This document shows positions 47,696-55,096 of a stretch of 60,026 bases of DNA, piece after piece; within the stretch, counting starts at the first letter, position 1; each line of letters starts with the position of its first letter. Both the position numbers and the translations under genes were made by a program. The notes beneath the pieces were generated by a model that had not been told where the DNA came from, did not search any database, and saw nothing but the letters and a program-made list of their open reading frames with translations. Source of the stretch: a virus (Duplodnaviria > Caudoviricetes); the IMG/VR virus record IMGVR_UViG_3300009448_000013, positions 1 to 60,026 of that record; one strand, given 5' to 3'.

Positions 47696-47962
47696 ATGAT
47701 CCATTGGCTCGCCCTGCTCGTGCTCGCTCTGCTCGGTGTGTTCGCTGCTTGCTCGGCAGCCATCCCGGACGTGCAGCAACACATCGTGCTCGTGTGCGAG
47801 GGCACGTCGCAATCGGTTGCCGACGACATCGGGCCCGAGATGCGCAAGTTGCTCGTCGCCGCGTGCGTCGAGTCGGTCGAGCGAGCTCTCGCCGACGTCG
47901 TCGCGGGCGTGCCGCCCGGGCCCGCGTCGCCACTGCAGCTCGGCGACGCGGGGCCGCCATGA
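47696..47962 (+). CDS. small putative lipoprotein
   Basis: Signal peptide with FAAC lipobox. Confidence 0.55.
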   Translation: MIHWLALLVLALLGVFAACSAAIPDVQQHIVLVCEGTSQSVADDIGPEMRKLLVAACVESVERALADVVAGVPPGPASPLQLGDAGPP

Positions 47963-48381
47963 GTGATCGCATCGAGGTGCAGTGGTGCACGACGTGCGGC
48001 GCGCGATTCACTGCTGAGGAAATCGCCGATGCGAGCGGCTGCCCCAAGTGCGACACGAAAGGCGTGCCGTGCGGAGCCGATCGCGACCTGGTCGTCGAAA
48101 TCAACTGGCACGAGCTCAGGGTGCTCGGCATTTGGGCGAGCAATTGGGCGCACCGGGCCGACGTCGACAAAAGCGGAGAGGACGCTCTGCGCGGCATTCT
48201 CTCGCGGCTCGAGCGAGCGTTTCCCCATCTACCCCCGCTCACGCTCGGGGGTGAAGTGCGGCAAATTCGCCAAAGCGTTGTCCTCGCCGAGGTGTCGACG
48301 AACATTCCCGGCGAGGGCGTCGTCGTCGTGCACGGCCCGGGCGCCGTTGGCCACGGTCGCCGACGTGAGGTGACGCCATGA
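47959..48381 (+). CDS. zinc-ribbon hypothetical protein
   Basis: CTTC...CPKC; ATGA coupling. Confidence 0.6.
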   Translation: MSDRIEVQWCTTCGARFTAEEIADASGCPKCDTKGVPCGADRDLVVEINWHELRVLGIWASNWAHRADVDKSGEDALRGILSRLERAFPHLPPLTLGGEVRQIRQSVVLAEVSTNIPGEGVVVVHGPGAVGHGRRREVTP

Positions 48382-48956
48382 CGGCCGCGTTCAAGCTGCG
48401 CCTGCCTCACCTCGTCGTGCCGGCGACGAACTGGCAAAAGAACGTCGGGCCCGTCAAGAAACGGCACCTCGTGATCCACGTCATGCAGGCGCCCGAGAAA
48501 GACGGGACGGCGATGGCGGTCGCGAACTATTTCGCGCGACAGAAGACAACCGACAAGGTCAGAACGAGCGCGCACTATTGCGTCGACTCGCGCACGATCG
48601 TTCAGTGCGTCGCGCCCGAGCGCATCGCGTGGCACGCGCCGGGGTGCAACTCGACCGGCATCGGCCTCGAGCTTTCCGGCTACGTGAGCCAAACCAAAAC
48701 GCAATGGCTCGACGAGTTCGGTAAGAAAATGCTCGCGCTCGCAGCGCCACTCGCCGCCGAGCTCTGCCAGCACTTTCAGATCCCGGTCGAGTTCGTCGAC
48801 GAGGAAGGCTTGATCGCGGGGCACGCCGGCATCACGACGCACGCCAAGGTTTCGCTCGCGTTCAAAAAGTCGACCCACACGGATCCGGGCCCGGGGTTTC
48901 CGATGACCGAGTTCCTCGACATGATCCGGGTGCACACCGATGCCGGGCGGGCGTGA
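48378..48956 (+). CDS. endolysin, N-acetylmuramoyl-L-alanine amidase (Amidase_2)
   Basis: VIH, SAHY, AWHA, GIGLE, TH, HTDPG. Confidence 0.92.
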   Translation: MTAAFKLRLPHLVVPATNWQKNVGPVKKRHLVIHVMQAPEKDGTAMAVANYFARQKTTDKVRTSAHYCVDSRTIVQCVAPERIAWHAPGCNSTGIGLELSGYVSQTKTQWLDEFGKKMLALAAPLAAELCQHFQIPVEFVDEEGLIAGHAGITTHAKVSLAFKKSTHTDPGPGFPMTEFLDMIRVHTDAGRA

Positions 48957-49327
48957 AGTTCCGGGCCGTGGCGCTCGTCGCCGTCACTTGCGCCTCGTGG
49001 GCGGCGGTGGCGATTGCGCAGGCGGCAGCGGCCTCGGCGGCGCCGACGTTAGCGTCGTCCAGCGGCGACCCGATCAATGCGCTATGGTCCCTACTCGGGT
49101 CGAGCCCGACGGCGTTCGTGCTGTGGCAGTGGGCGAAGGGCGAACAGAAGGATCGGCGCGATGCAGTCTCGAAAATGGTGCACCTGTTCGAGGCGGACGT
49201 GGAGCACAAGGTGACGGTGCGAGAGCGTCTGAAAGGCCAGGACGACGCCCTGGCCAAGACGCTGGAAGTCTTGCAACGGATCGAGCGCTCGCTCGGCTCT
49301 CGATTCCCCGGGAGACCGGGCGCGTGA
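48953..49327 (+). CDS. putative holin/membrane protein
   Basis: Two hydrophobic segments; adjacent to endolysin. Confidence 0.55.
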   Translation: MKFRAVALVAVTCASWAAVAIAQAAAASAAPTLASSSGDPINALWSLLGSSPTAFVLWQWAKGEQKDRRDAVSKMVHLFEADVEHKVTVRERLKGQDDALAKTLEVLQRIERSLGSRFPGRPGA

Positions 49328-49536
49328 TTCTCCGGCTGCTCGCGCAGCTGTTCAATCGGGCGCCAAAATCCTCGCCCCTGCCGGCGAGCGAGGCCGAGCG
49401 CCGCATGAACAATGCGCTGCGCCGAACGCAAAACGAGACCCGAGCTCTCGCGCACGACGGCGTCGAGCTCGCGCAACGGATCCGGCGCAATAGCGCGGCC
49501 GGGCACAACGTGTTCAGGGGAAAGCCGACGACATGA
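49324..49536 (+). CDS. hypothetical protein
   Basis: Coupled ORF. Confidence 0.5.
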   Translation: MILRLLAQLFNRAPKSSPLPASEAERRMNNALRRTQNETRALAHDGVELAQRIRRNSAAGHNVFRGKPTT

Positions 49537-49961
49537 CCGAACCGATCCCGCTCAGCGAGCGGCCGCCGCTCACGCCGCTACAGCGCGAGATCGTCGCGAG
49601 CGCCGTCGACGGGCTCGCCCCCGTCGTGCAGGCCGCCCTCGTGCAGGCCCTCGCCCCCGTCGTCACGACGTGGGACGCGCGCAGCAGCGACATGCTCGAC
49701 GTGCTCGCCGAGGCGGGCGACACCCGGCGGCAGGTGCGCGTCGCGGCCAACACCATCAAGCTCGCGGGCTGGCTCGGGGTGCTCGCCCTCGTCGGCGGCA
49801 TCCTCGGCGTGTACGGCGTGCTCGAGCGCGAGCGGGACGAGCGGCGCAAGTTCCGCGAGGTCGAGCAGCTGCGCCGCGAGGATGCCGCCGAGCTCGTCGT
49901 CGTGCGGCTGCGGGCCGAGGCTCGGCGCATCGAGGCGACCTGCGCCAAGGCCGCCCAGTGA
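49533..49961 (+). CDS. membrane protein with coiled coil (lysis accessory)
   Basis: One TM helix followed by a charged helix. Confidence 0.55.
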   Translation: MTEPIPLSERPPLTPLQREIVASAVDGLAPVVQAALVQALAPVVTTWDARSSDMLDVLAEAGDTRRQVRVAANTIKLAGWLGVLALVGGILGVYGVLERERDERRKFREVEQLRREDAAELVVVRLRAEARRIEATCAKAAQ

Positions 49962-50527
49962 GCACCCTTGCCCCGTGGCTGCTCTCGCTGGCCCTCACCT
50001 GGCCGTCGCCCCCCTCCCACGTCGAGCCCGCCGAGGAACGGCGCGAACGGCTCGCCGTGGCCGCCGGGGCGCTCGCGTGGGCGGTCGACCGCGCCGTGAT
50101 GACGGGGGCGCTGCCGGGCAGGGAACGGCGATTGTGGGCCGCCCTGGCCTTGGCAACCGTGCGCCGCGAGTCGGGCAACCTGGATCGGGGGGTGCACTCG
50201 GGCCGTCGACTCGGCGACCGGGGCCGCTCGATCTGCTTTGGCCAAATCAACCGGGGTAACGTCCCGGCCTACGGCGGCGCCGACAGCTCGTGGCGGTCGC
50301 TCGCCGGCGTGGGCGACGACGCCTCGCGGCGGTGCGCGTGGGCGGTCGTGTCGACGCTGGCCCGGGCTCGCGACTACTGCCTGCGCAAGGCGGCCGCCTC
50401 CGAGCTGCACGGCGCCGTTCTGAGCGTGTACCTGCGGGGCCACGGCTGCCGGGTGAACCGCGAGGGACGCGTGCGGCTCGCCCTCGCCCGGCAGTCCCTC
50501 GCGACGCTCGCCTCCATGGGCGACTAG
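49958..50527 (+). CDS. lysozyme/lytic transglycosylase-like protein
   Basis: RES catalytic-type motif and GDRGRSICFGQIN. Confidence 0.6.
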   Translation: MSTLAPWLLSLALTWPSPPSHVEPAEERRERLAVAAGALAWAVDRAVMTGALPGRERRLWAALALATVRRESGNLDRGVHSGRRLGDRGRSICFGQINRGNVPAYGGADSSWRSLAGVGDDASRRCAWAVVSTLARARDYCLRKAAASELHGAVLSVYLRGHGCRVNREGRVRLALARQSLATLASMGD

Positions 50528-50905
50528 GCGATCGGTACTGAATCGACGACGTCGCCCGGCGCCGGCAGCGACCCGTTCGCCGCCCGCCAGCAACGCGTTA
50601 CCATCTCGGAGCCCGGGAACTTGTCGACGAGCTCGTCGCCGGCGGCCATGCCGAGCAGTTCGAACAACCAGGTGCAGAACTTTCGAGGCTTGCGGCCAGG
50701 AAGCGAGCTGCCGCCCTTGCGTGCGTTCGGCGTCAGGATCCAGTCGCGCCGCCCGGGCTGGCACCGTCGAGCCGGCTTGTATAAGACGGGCTCCCACGCG
50801 TTATGCGTGCCTCGCGTTTTGCCCGACACGCCGTGAGGCTTCACCCACGAGGCCGTGCGCACGTCCTCGATGCCGAGCTCGTTGACGAGCCCGAACACTT
50901 GACGA
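50524..50905 (-). pseudogene. C-terminal half of the DNA methyltransferase begun at 8583
   Basis: VRTASWVKP, NAWEPV, GRKPRKFCTW, SAM motif LVDKFPGS; no catalytic DPP motif and no RBS. Confidence 0.8.
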
Positions 50906-50912
50906 CGCTGCC

Positions 50913-51329
50913 GCGAAAGGGCTCGTCGACCGCGCCCTCGTCGAGGAGCTCGCCAAGAGCATCGGCCCCATGAGCATCGACGTCGTGTACCCCGACCGCG
51001 ACGGCAAGACGTATGCCGAGCAGGTCGCCCTCGACGCGCTGCACGGTTGGCTACACGACCCCCTCGGAGATGGCGAACTCATCGAGGCCGCCGCCGAGTT
51101 CCACGCCGAGCTCGCCGACCGCGACGGCGGCGCCGAGTGCAAGGCGCTCGACTCGTGCGTCGAGCCAGGCGCCGCGGTGCGCCGGGCCTCGGTCGCCCTC
51201 GTCAAACCGGCCGAGCTCAAAGCTGCGTTCGCCGCCGTTTACGATGCCGCTCGATGCGCCATCGTCGTCGAGACCTTGCGCCCCGTGCTCGACCGCTACG
51301 TCGCCCTTTACGAGGTGTGCCGACGATGA
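50913..51329 (+). pseudogene. 3' half of the gene begun at 9037 (-); could also be read from ATG 50970
   Basis: Coding-like frame extends upstream of ATG 50970 to the junction. Confidence 0.6.
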
Positions 51330-51649
51330 CCCTACGCGAGATTCCTTGCTCGAGCTGCAGCGGCGTGGCGCTCAGTGTCGGCGAGCACCGTAGCGCCGAG
51401 CACGTCGTCGAGAACACGGGCCCGACGTTCTGCCTCGAATGCGAGGCGCCCGGCCGCGTCGACGTGGTCGACCGTGACGGCGTGCCTGACCTCGTGTTCA
51501 GGGTCTCGGATGACCCACACGATTTGGCTCAAGCTTTGCCCGGTCGGGCCGTTCTGGTGGGGTATGAGCGCGACGATGATTCTGCCGACCCGACCGAGCA
51601 CCCCCGTCGCCTTGCCGTCGTTCGAGCTGATGCTCGGCCTCTGGGATGA
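51326..51649 (+). CDS. zinc-ribbon hypothetical protein
   Basis: CSSC...CLEC; ATGA coupling. Confidence 0.5.
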   Translation: MTLREIPCSSCSGVALSVGEHRSAEHVVENTGPTFCLECEAPGRVDVVDRDGVPDLVFRVSDDPHDLAQALPGRAVLVGYERDDDSADPTEHPRRLAVVRADARPLG

Positions 51650-51776
51650 CTCGGCGCTGCTCACCTACACGAGCAAGCAGACCGACGCGCAGCGGGCCCG
51701 CGTGAACGCGAGCGTCGCCCGCGACGTCGGGTTCGAGGCCGTCGACGGCAACACGATGGCCGACGACCTGTCGTGA
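51510..51776 (+). CDS. hypothetical protein
   Basis: Coding-like 3' half; start uncertain and overlaps previous ORF. Confidence 0.4.
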   Translation: MTHTIWLKLCPVGPFWWGMSATMILPTRPSTPVALPSFELMLGLWDDSALLTYTSKQTDAQRARVNASVARDVGFEAVDGNTMADDLS

Positions 51777-51816
51777 ATTTGCCCCCGGGCGGCGTTTCGC
51801 GGGAAACGGTCGCCCC

Positions 51817-52164
51817 ATGGATCCGACAGTCCACGGCTGCCCCCGCTGCACCCCGAGCCGCAAGTGCGTCGCCCGCCGCCTGCGCAAGTGCCGTGGCACG
51901 ACCGTCGAGGGCGCCGCCTGCCGGGTGTGCGGCATTGCCGACTCGCGCGTGCTGCGCCGGCATCGTTTTCCGGATCTACCGGATCCGGCAATCCTGTGTG
52001 CGAATCACGCCGCCATCGCTGGCCGCAAGCCTCTCGCGTGGGTCGCTTTCTTGCTCGAGGTCGGTGCCGTGGCTCGGGAAAACCACCGTTTGGCCGATGG
52101 CGTCGCCATCGTGTGCGCGCTTCCTTCCTTCAATGGGGCCCGAGCCCGGCGACCAGCGCCATAA
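51817..52164 (+). CDS. HNH-like zinc-binding protein
   Basis: CRVCG...RH...LCANH. Confidence 0.5.
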   Translation: MDPTVHGCPRCTPSRKCVARRLRKCRGTTVEGAACRVCGIADSRVLRRHRFPDLPDPAILCANHAAIAGRKPLAWVAFLLEVGAVARENHRLADGVAIVCALPSFNGARARRPAP

Positions 52165-52337
52165 CCCGATCCGCTTCTCACGCGCCAGCTGAACGCGCGT
52201 GCCGTTTTGACCGCTGTCATTTTGTGCTCAAGAGCGGCCCAGTGGGGCGCCTCTCCGACGAACACCTGCCGATCCGACGTAAGCTCGGCCGTCTGGACCT
52301 GGCAATAAACCGCTGAACCGAAACGCGACGCCTTCAC

Positions 52338-52373
52338 GGGGCCCGGCGAGCAATCGTCGGGCCCCATCGTTTT
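52338..52373 (+). terminator. hairpin terminator
   Basis: GGGGCCCGGCGA-GCAA-TCGTCGGGCCCC followed by a T run. Confidence 0.7.
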
Positions 52374-52377
52374 GTTC

Positions 52378-52405
52378 TCAAGGGTTTGCTACCGCCTTCC
52401 GTTCA
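52378..52405 (+). promoter_or_regulatory. sigma28-like promoter copy
   Basis: TCAA-N16-TCCGTTCA, ATG after 8 nt. Confidence 0.75.
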
Positions 52406-52413
52406 TAGGGGGC

Positions 52414-52954
52414 ATGAACACCAACCAACCCGCCAAACCCGCCCTCACCATTGAAGCTCTCGAGGCCCTCGCGGCCCAGATCGAAAACGACACCGAGTCA
52501 GAGCACGCCCGCCTCTTGCGCCTTTGCCGCGCCATGGTGCGCATCCTCGCTGCGCGTCAGCCCGCCGCGTTCAACCACGTCGGTCACCGACGAAGCGGGC
52601 CACTGGGATAATTCCTTCCCGCCCAAGCCCGAGTATCACTTCGCCGGCGGCATTCGCGCGCTCGAGATTTTCGAGAATCGCACCGACGACGTGCCGACGA
52701 GCGGCGGGTTCTATCACTCGTGGCGCCGCGAGACGATCTGCCGCGGGTGCTACCTCGCTCGCGACGGGTTTTTCTACGGAGCGGATGAGACCGGCACTGG
52801 CGCGGTCGGTCAGTACGCCGCGCACCCCGGCGACCACAACCTCGACATCACGATCGAATGGATCCGGATCGAGCCCGACCTCGAGGACCTGCAAGAGGCA
52901 GTGAGCAAGCTGCGCGCCGAGCTGGCGAAGTTCCTCGGCGAGGTGGCAGCGTGA
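52414..52954 (+). pseudogene. cassette gene interrupted by a frameshift near 52570
   Basis: MNTNQPAKPA... stops at 52611; the +1 frame continues as TSVTDEAGHWDNSFPP...EVAA and couples to the next gene. Confidence 0.55.
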
Positions 52955-53262
52955 TCGAGGGCCGCTGGTACATAACGGAACGTGCGGCCCGCGAATACTG
53001 CTCGTTTCGCAAATGGCCGGCCACCGAGGCGAACGTCGAACGCGCGACGGCCGAGCTGATCGAGCTGTCGCGCGTCGCCCGGTTTTCGCGCTTGCAGGAC
53101 AATGGCCTCGAACTCTGGCGGGTGCGCAGCAATGCCACGCGCCAGGGTCATCGCTTCCTCGTCGGAGAGCCGCCGCGTGAACTGCGCGGAGGCCAAGGCG
53201 ATCACAAGCTGGCGCTGATCAGCGTGCGGGCCGAGCACGGCGAGCCGCCTCGCCGACGCTGA
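52951..53262 (+). CDS. hypothetical protein
   Basis: GAGG RBS, GTGA overlap; MIEGRWYITERA... Confidence 0.65.
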   Translation: MIEGRWYITERAAREYCSFRKWPATEANVERATAELIELSRVARFSRLQDNGLELWRVRSNATRQGHRFLVGEPPRELRGGQGDHKLALISVRAEHGEPPRRR

Positions 53263-53319
53263 CACCTCCGACCCACACCCCGAGCCCCGGGTAGAAATCT
53301 CGGGCCTCGTCGATTTCGT

Positions 53320-53346
53320 TCAAGGCGCGGGGCCCGGCTCCGTTCA
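53320..53346 (+). promoter_or_regulatory. sigma28-like promoter copy
   Basis: TCAA-N15-TCCGTTCA, ATG after 7 nt. Confidence 0.75.
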
Positions 53347-53353
53347 TAGGGGC

Positions 53354-53665
53354 ATGAACGCAACCCAGTCCCGCAAAACCCTCTCGTTCGACGCCCGCCA
53401 AATCCTCGCGATCGCCAGCAATTCGCGGTGCGACGCCGACGCCAAGAATCGCCCGGACGGCGGCGCGTCGTTCACCTCGCCCGCTCACCGCCGTCGGATC
53501 GCTGAGATGGTGTCGACCGGCCTGCTCGAGATCGTGTCGGTCGGCAAATGGGCTGGCCTGAAAGAGTACAACGCGCGTCTGACGCCCTCGGGCGTCGTCG
53601 AGCTCGACAGCTGGATCCATGCTGAGCAGACCGCGTGCCACCACTGCGGTCGCGTTCACTACTGA
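53354..53665 (+). CDS. leaderless cassette gene, winged-helix-like
   Basis: ATG after promoter; C-terminal CHHC. Confidence 0.7.
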   Translation: MNATQSRKTLSFDARQILAIASNSRCDADAKNRPDGGASFTSPAHRRRIAEMVSTGLLEIVSVGKWAGLKEYNARLTPSGVVELDSWIHAEQTACHHCGRVHY

Positions 53666-53686
53666 GCCGAAACGCGACGCCTCTCG

Positions 53687-53721
53687 GGCCCGGGTGGAAA
53701 CGCCCCGGCCTCGTCGCTTTT
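53687..53721 (+). terminator. hairpin terminator
   Basis: GAAA-loop stem followed by CTTTT. Confidence 0.6.
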
Positions 53722-53725
53722 GTGC

Positions 53726-53752
53726 TCAAGGGTTCGGTCCCGGCTCCGTTCA
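53726..53752 (+). promoter_or_regulatory. sigma28-like promoter copy
   Basis: TCAA-N15-TCCGTTCA, ATG after 8 nt. Confidence 0.75.
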
Positions 53753-53760
53753 TAGGGGGC

Positions 53761-54303
53761 ATGGCAACCGACACCGCTAAACTCATCAGGTCCGCACTCA
53801 AAACCCTCGGCTACGGCCCGCGCGACATCAGCATTCGCGCCCGCACGACGGGCTCGGTCGACGTCACGATCAAGCGCGCCGACGTGGCGCTCGACGTGAT
53901 CGAGCCCGTCGTGCACCAGTTCGAGCACGTGCGCCGATGTGAGTCGAGCGGGGAAATCCTCACTGGTGGCAACACGTTCGTCACGATCGATTATTCCGAT
54001 TCGGCTCTCATCGACGCGACTCGCCTCGTCGCGGCGCACCGCTCGCAGGGCCGCACGGTGTTCGGTGCGCTGCACATTGGCGCTGATGCCGCCGACGCCG
54101 ACACGGTGCACGTGTGGGAGGACCATAGCCACGTCGGCCAGTACGGCGAGCCCTACGTTTCCGCGCGGCTCGCCCGCCTGCTCGCCCGCCGCGGCGAGCT
54201 CGGCTGCCTCGAGCAGCTCGATTGGCTGTCCCCCGTCGACGACGCCGCGCTCGACGCCAAGCTCGAGGCGCAGGCCGTCGACCCGAACTTTTCGATCTGT
54301 TGA
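53761..54303 (+). CDS. leaderless cassette gene, LPD29-like N-terminal domain
   Basis: AKLIRSALK...ISIR...SVDVTIK...RCESSGEILTGGNTFV. Confidence 0.65.
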   Translation: MATDTAKLIRSALKTLGYGPRDISIRARTTGSVDVTIKRADVALDVIEPVVHQFEHVRRCESSGEILTGGNTFVTIDYSDSALIDATRLVAAHRSQGRTVFGALHIGADAADADTVHVWEDHSHVGQYGEPYVSARLARLLARRGELGCLEQLDWLSPVDDAALDAKLEAQAVDPNFSIC

Positions 54304-54318
54304 TTTCGTTGATTTCGT

Positions 54319-54346
54319 TCAAGGGCGGGGGCCGGGGCGTCGTTCA
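54319..54346 (+). promoter_or_regulatory. sigma28-like promoter copy
   Basis: TCAA-N16-GTCGTTCA, ATG after 7 nt. Confidence 0.75.
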
Positions 54347-54353
54347 ACGGGGC

Positions 54354-54545
54354 ATGACCACGACCCACCCCGCCAAACCCGTCCTCGTGCCCGCACGCCT
54401 CGAACCGACGGGCGCCGTCGGCTGGACCGTGTACGAGTTCGAGAGCGTTGCCGACGCCCACGCGTGGGCCGCTCGCAACCAAGACGCCGCCATGCCCTGT
54501 TGGCGCCGAACCGATTGCTGGGGAGGTCGCGCCCTCGGTCGCTAA
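54354..54545 (+). CDS. leaderless cassette gene, 63 aa
   Basis: MTTTHPAKPV; followed by hairpin 54555-54582. Confidence 0.65.
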   Translation: MTTTHPAKPVLVPARLEPTGAVGWTVYEFESVADAHAWAARNQDAAMPCWRRTDCWGGRALGR

Positions 54546-54615
54546 ACCGTTTTAGGGCGCTCCGCTCCTATGTGGAGCGCCCCGCAAAATCCGTCGCGGC
54601 CCTGAACGATTTCGT

Positions 54616-54642
54616 TCAAGGGCAATGGCAGAGCTCCGTTCA
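54616..54642 (+). promoter_or_regulatory. sigma28-like promoter copy
   Basis: TCAA-N15-TCCGTTCA, ATG after 7 nt. Confidence 0.75.
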
Positions 54643-54649
54643 TAGGGGC

Positions 54650-54799
54650 ATGAACACGACGACAATCGCCCGCCTCGCTCTCGCCGCCGCCCTGCTCTGC
54701 GGCGGTATCGTTCGCCTCGCGACCGTCGAGGCCCCCGCGCAAAAGGCCCTGCCCGCTGCCGCGACCGGCAGCGTGTGCAAGCTCGGCGCCTCGTGCTGA
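54650..54799 (+). CDS. leaderless 49-aa membrane or secreted peptide
   Basis: Hydrophobic N-terminus; C-terminal Cys pair. Confidence 0.6.
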   Translation: MNTTTIARLALAAALLCGGIVRLATVEAPAQKALPAAATGSVCKLGASC

Positions 54800-54805
54800 T
54801 TTCGT

Positions 54806-54832
54806 TCAAGGGTGCCGCCGCGGCGCCGTTCA
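54806..54832 (+). promoter_or_regulatory. sigma28-like promoter copy not followed by ATG
   Basis: TCAA-N15-GCCGTTCA. Confidence 0.7.
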
Positions 54833-54838
54833 TCCCTC

Positions 54839-55037
54839 ATTGAGAGCAGCGAAACGCGCAAGCGGCCCGCCTCGGCGGATAAAGCGACGACCTCTCGGGT
54901 GGCGACCCTAAACCGCTGAACCCGACCGGGGGCGATGATGCCCGGACAGGCGTGGAGGCGGCCAGCAAACAGCCCTAGCACCCCCGGCGAAACGGGGACG
55001 CCAAGCGCCTCGGGGAAACCCGGGGCGCCGCCGTTTT
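54839..55037 (+). ncRNA. candidate ~200-nt structured ncRNA
   Basis: Own promoter, no ATG, several hairpins, terminator-like stem 55005-55028 with T run. Confidence 0.55.
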
Positions 55038-55061
55038 GTGCGTAGGCCTGACGATTTTCGT

Positions 55062-55088
55062 TCAAGGCCCGGCGCGAGCCGTCGTTCA
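55062..55088 (+). promoter_or_regulatory. sigma28-like promoter copy
   Basis: TCAA-N15-GTCGTTCA, ATG after 8 nt. Confidence 0.75.
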
Positions 55089-55096
55089 CTTGGGGC

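Noticed and set aside
52306-53700. Hammerhead ribozyme from CTGA...GAAAC motifs
   Set aside because: The CUGANGA core and stem II are absent; only 3 nt separate CTGA from GAAAC.
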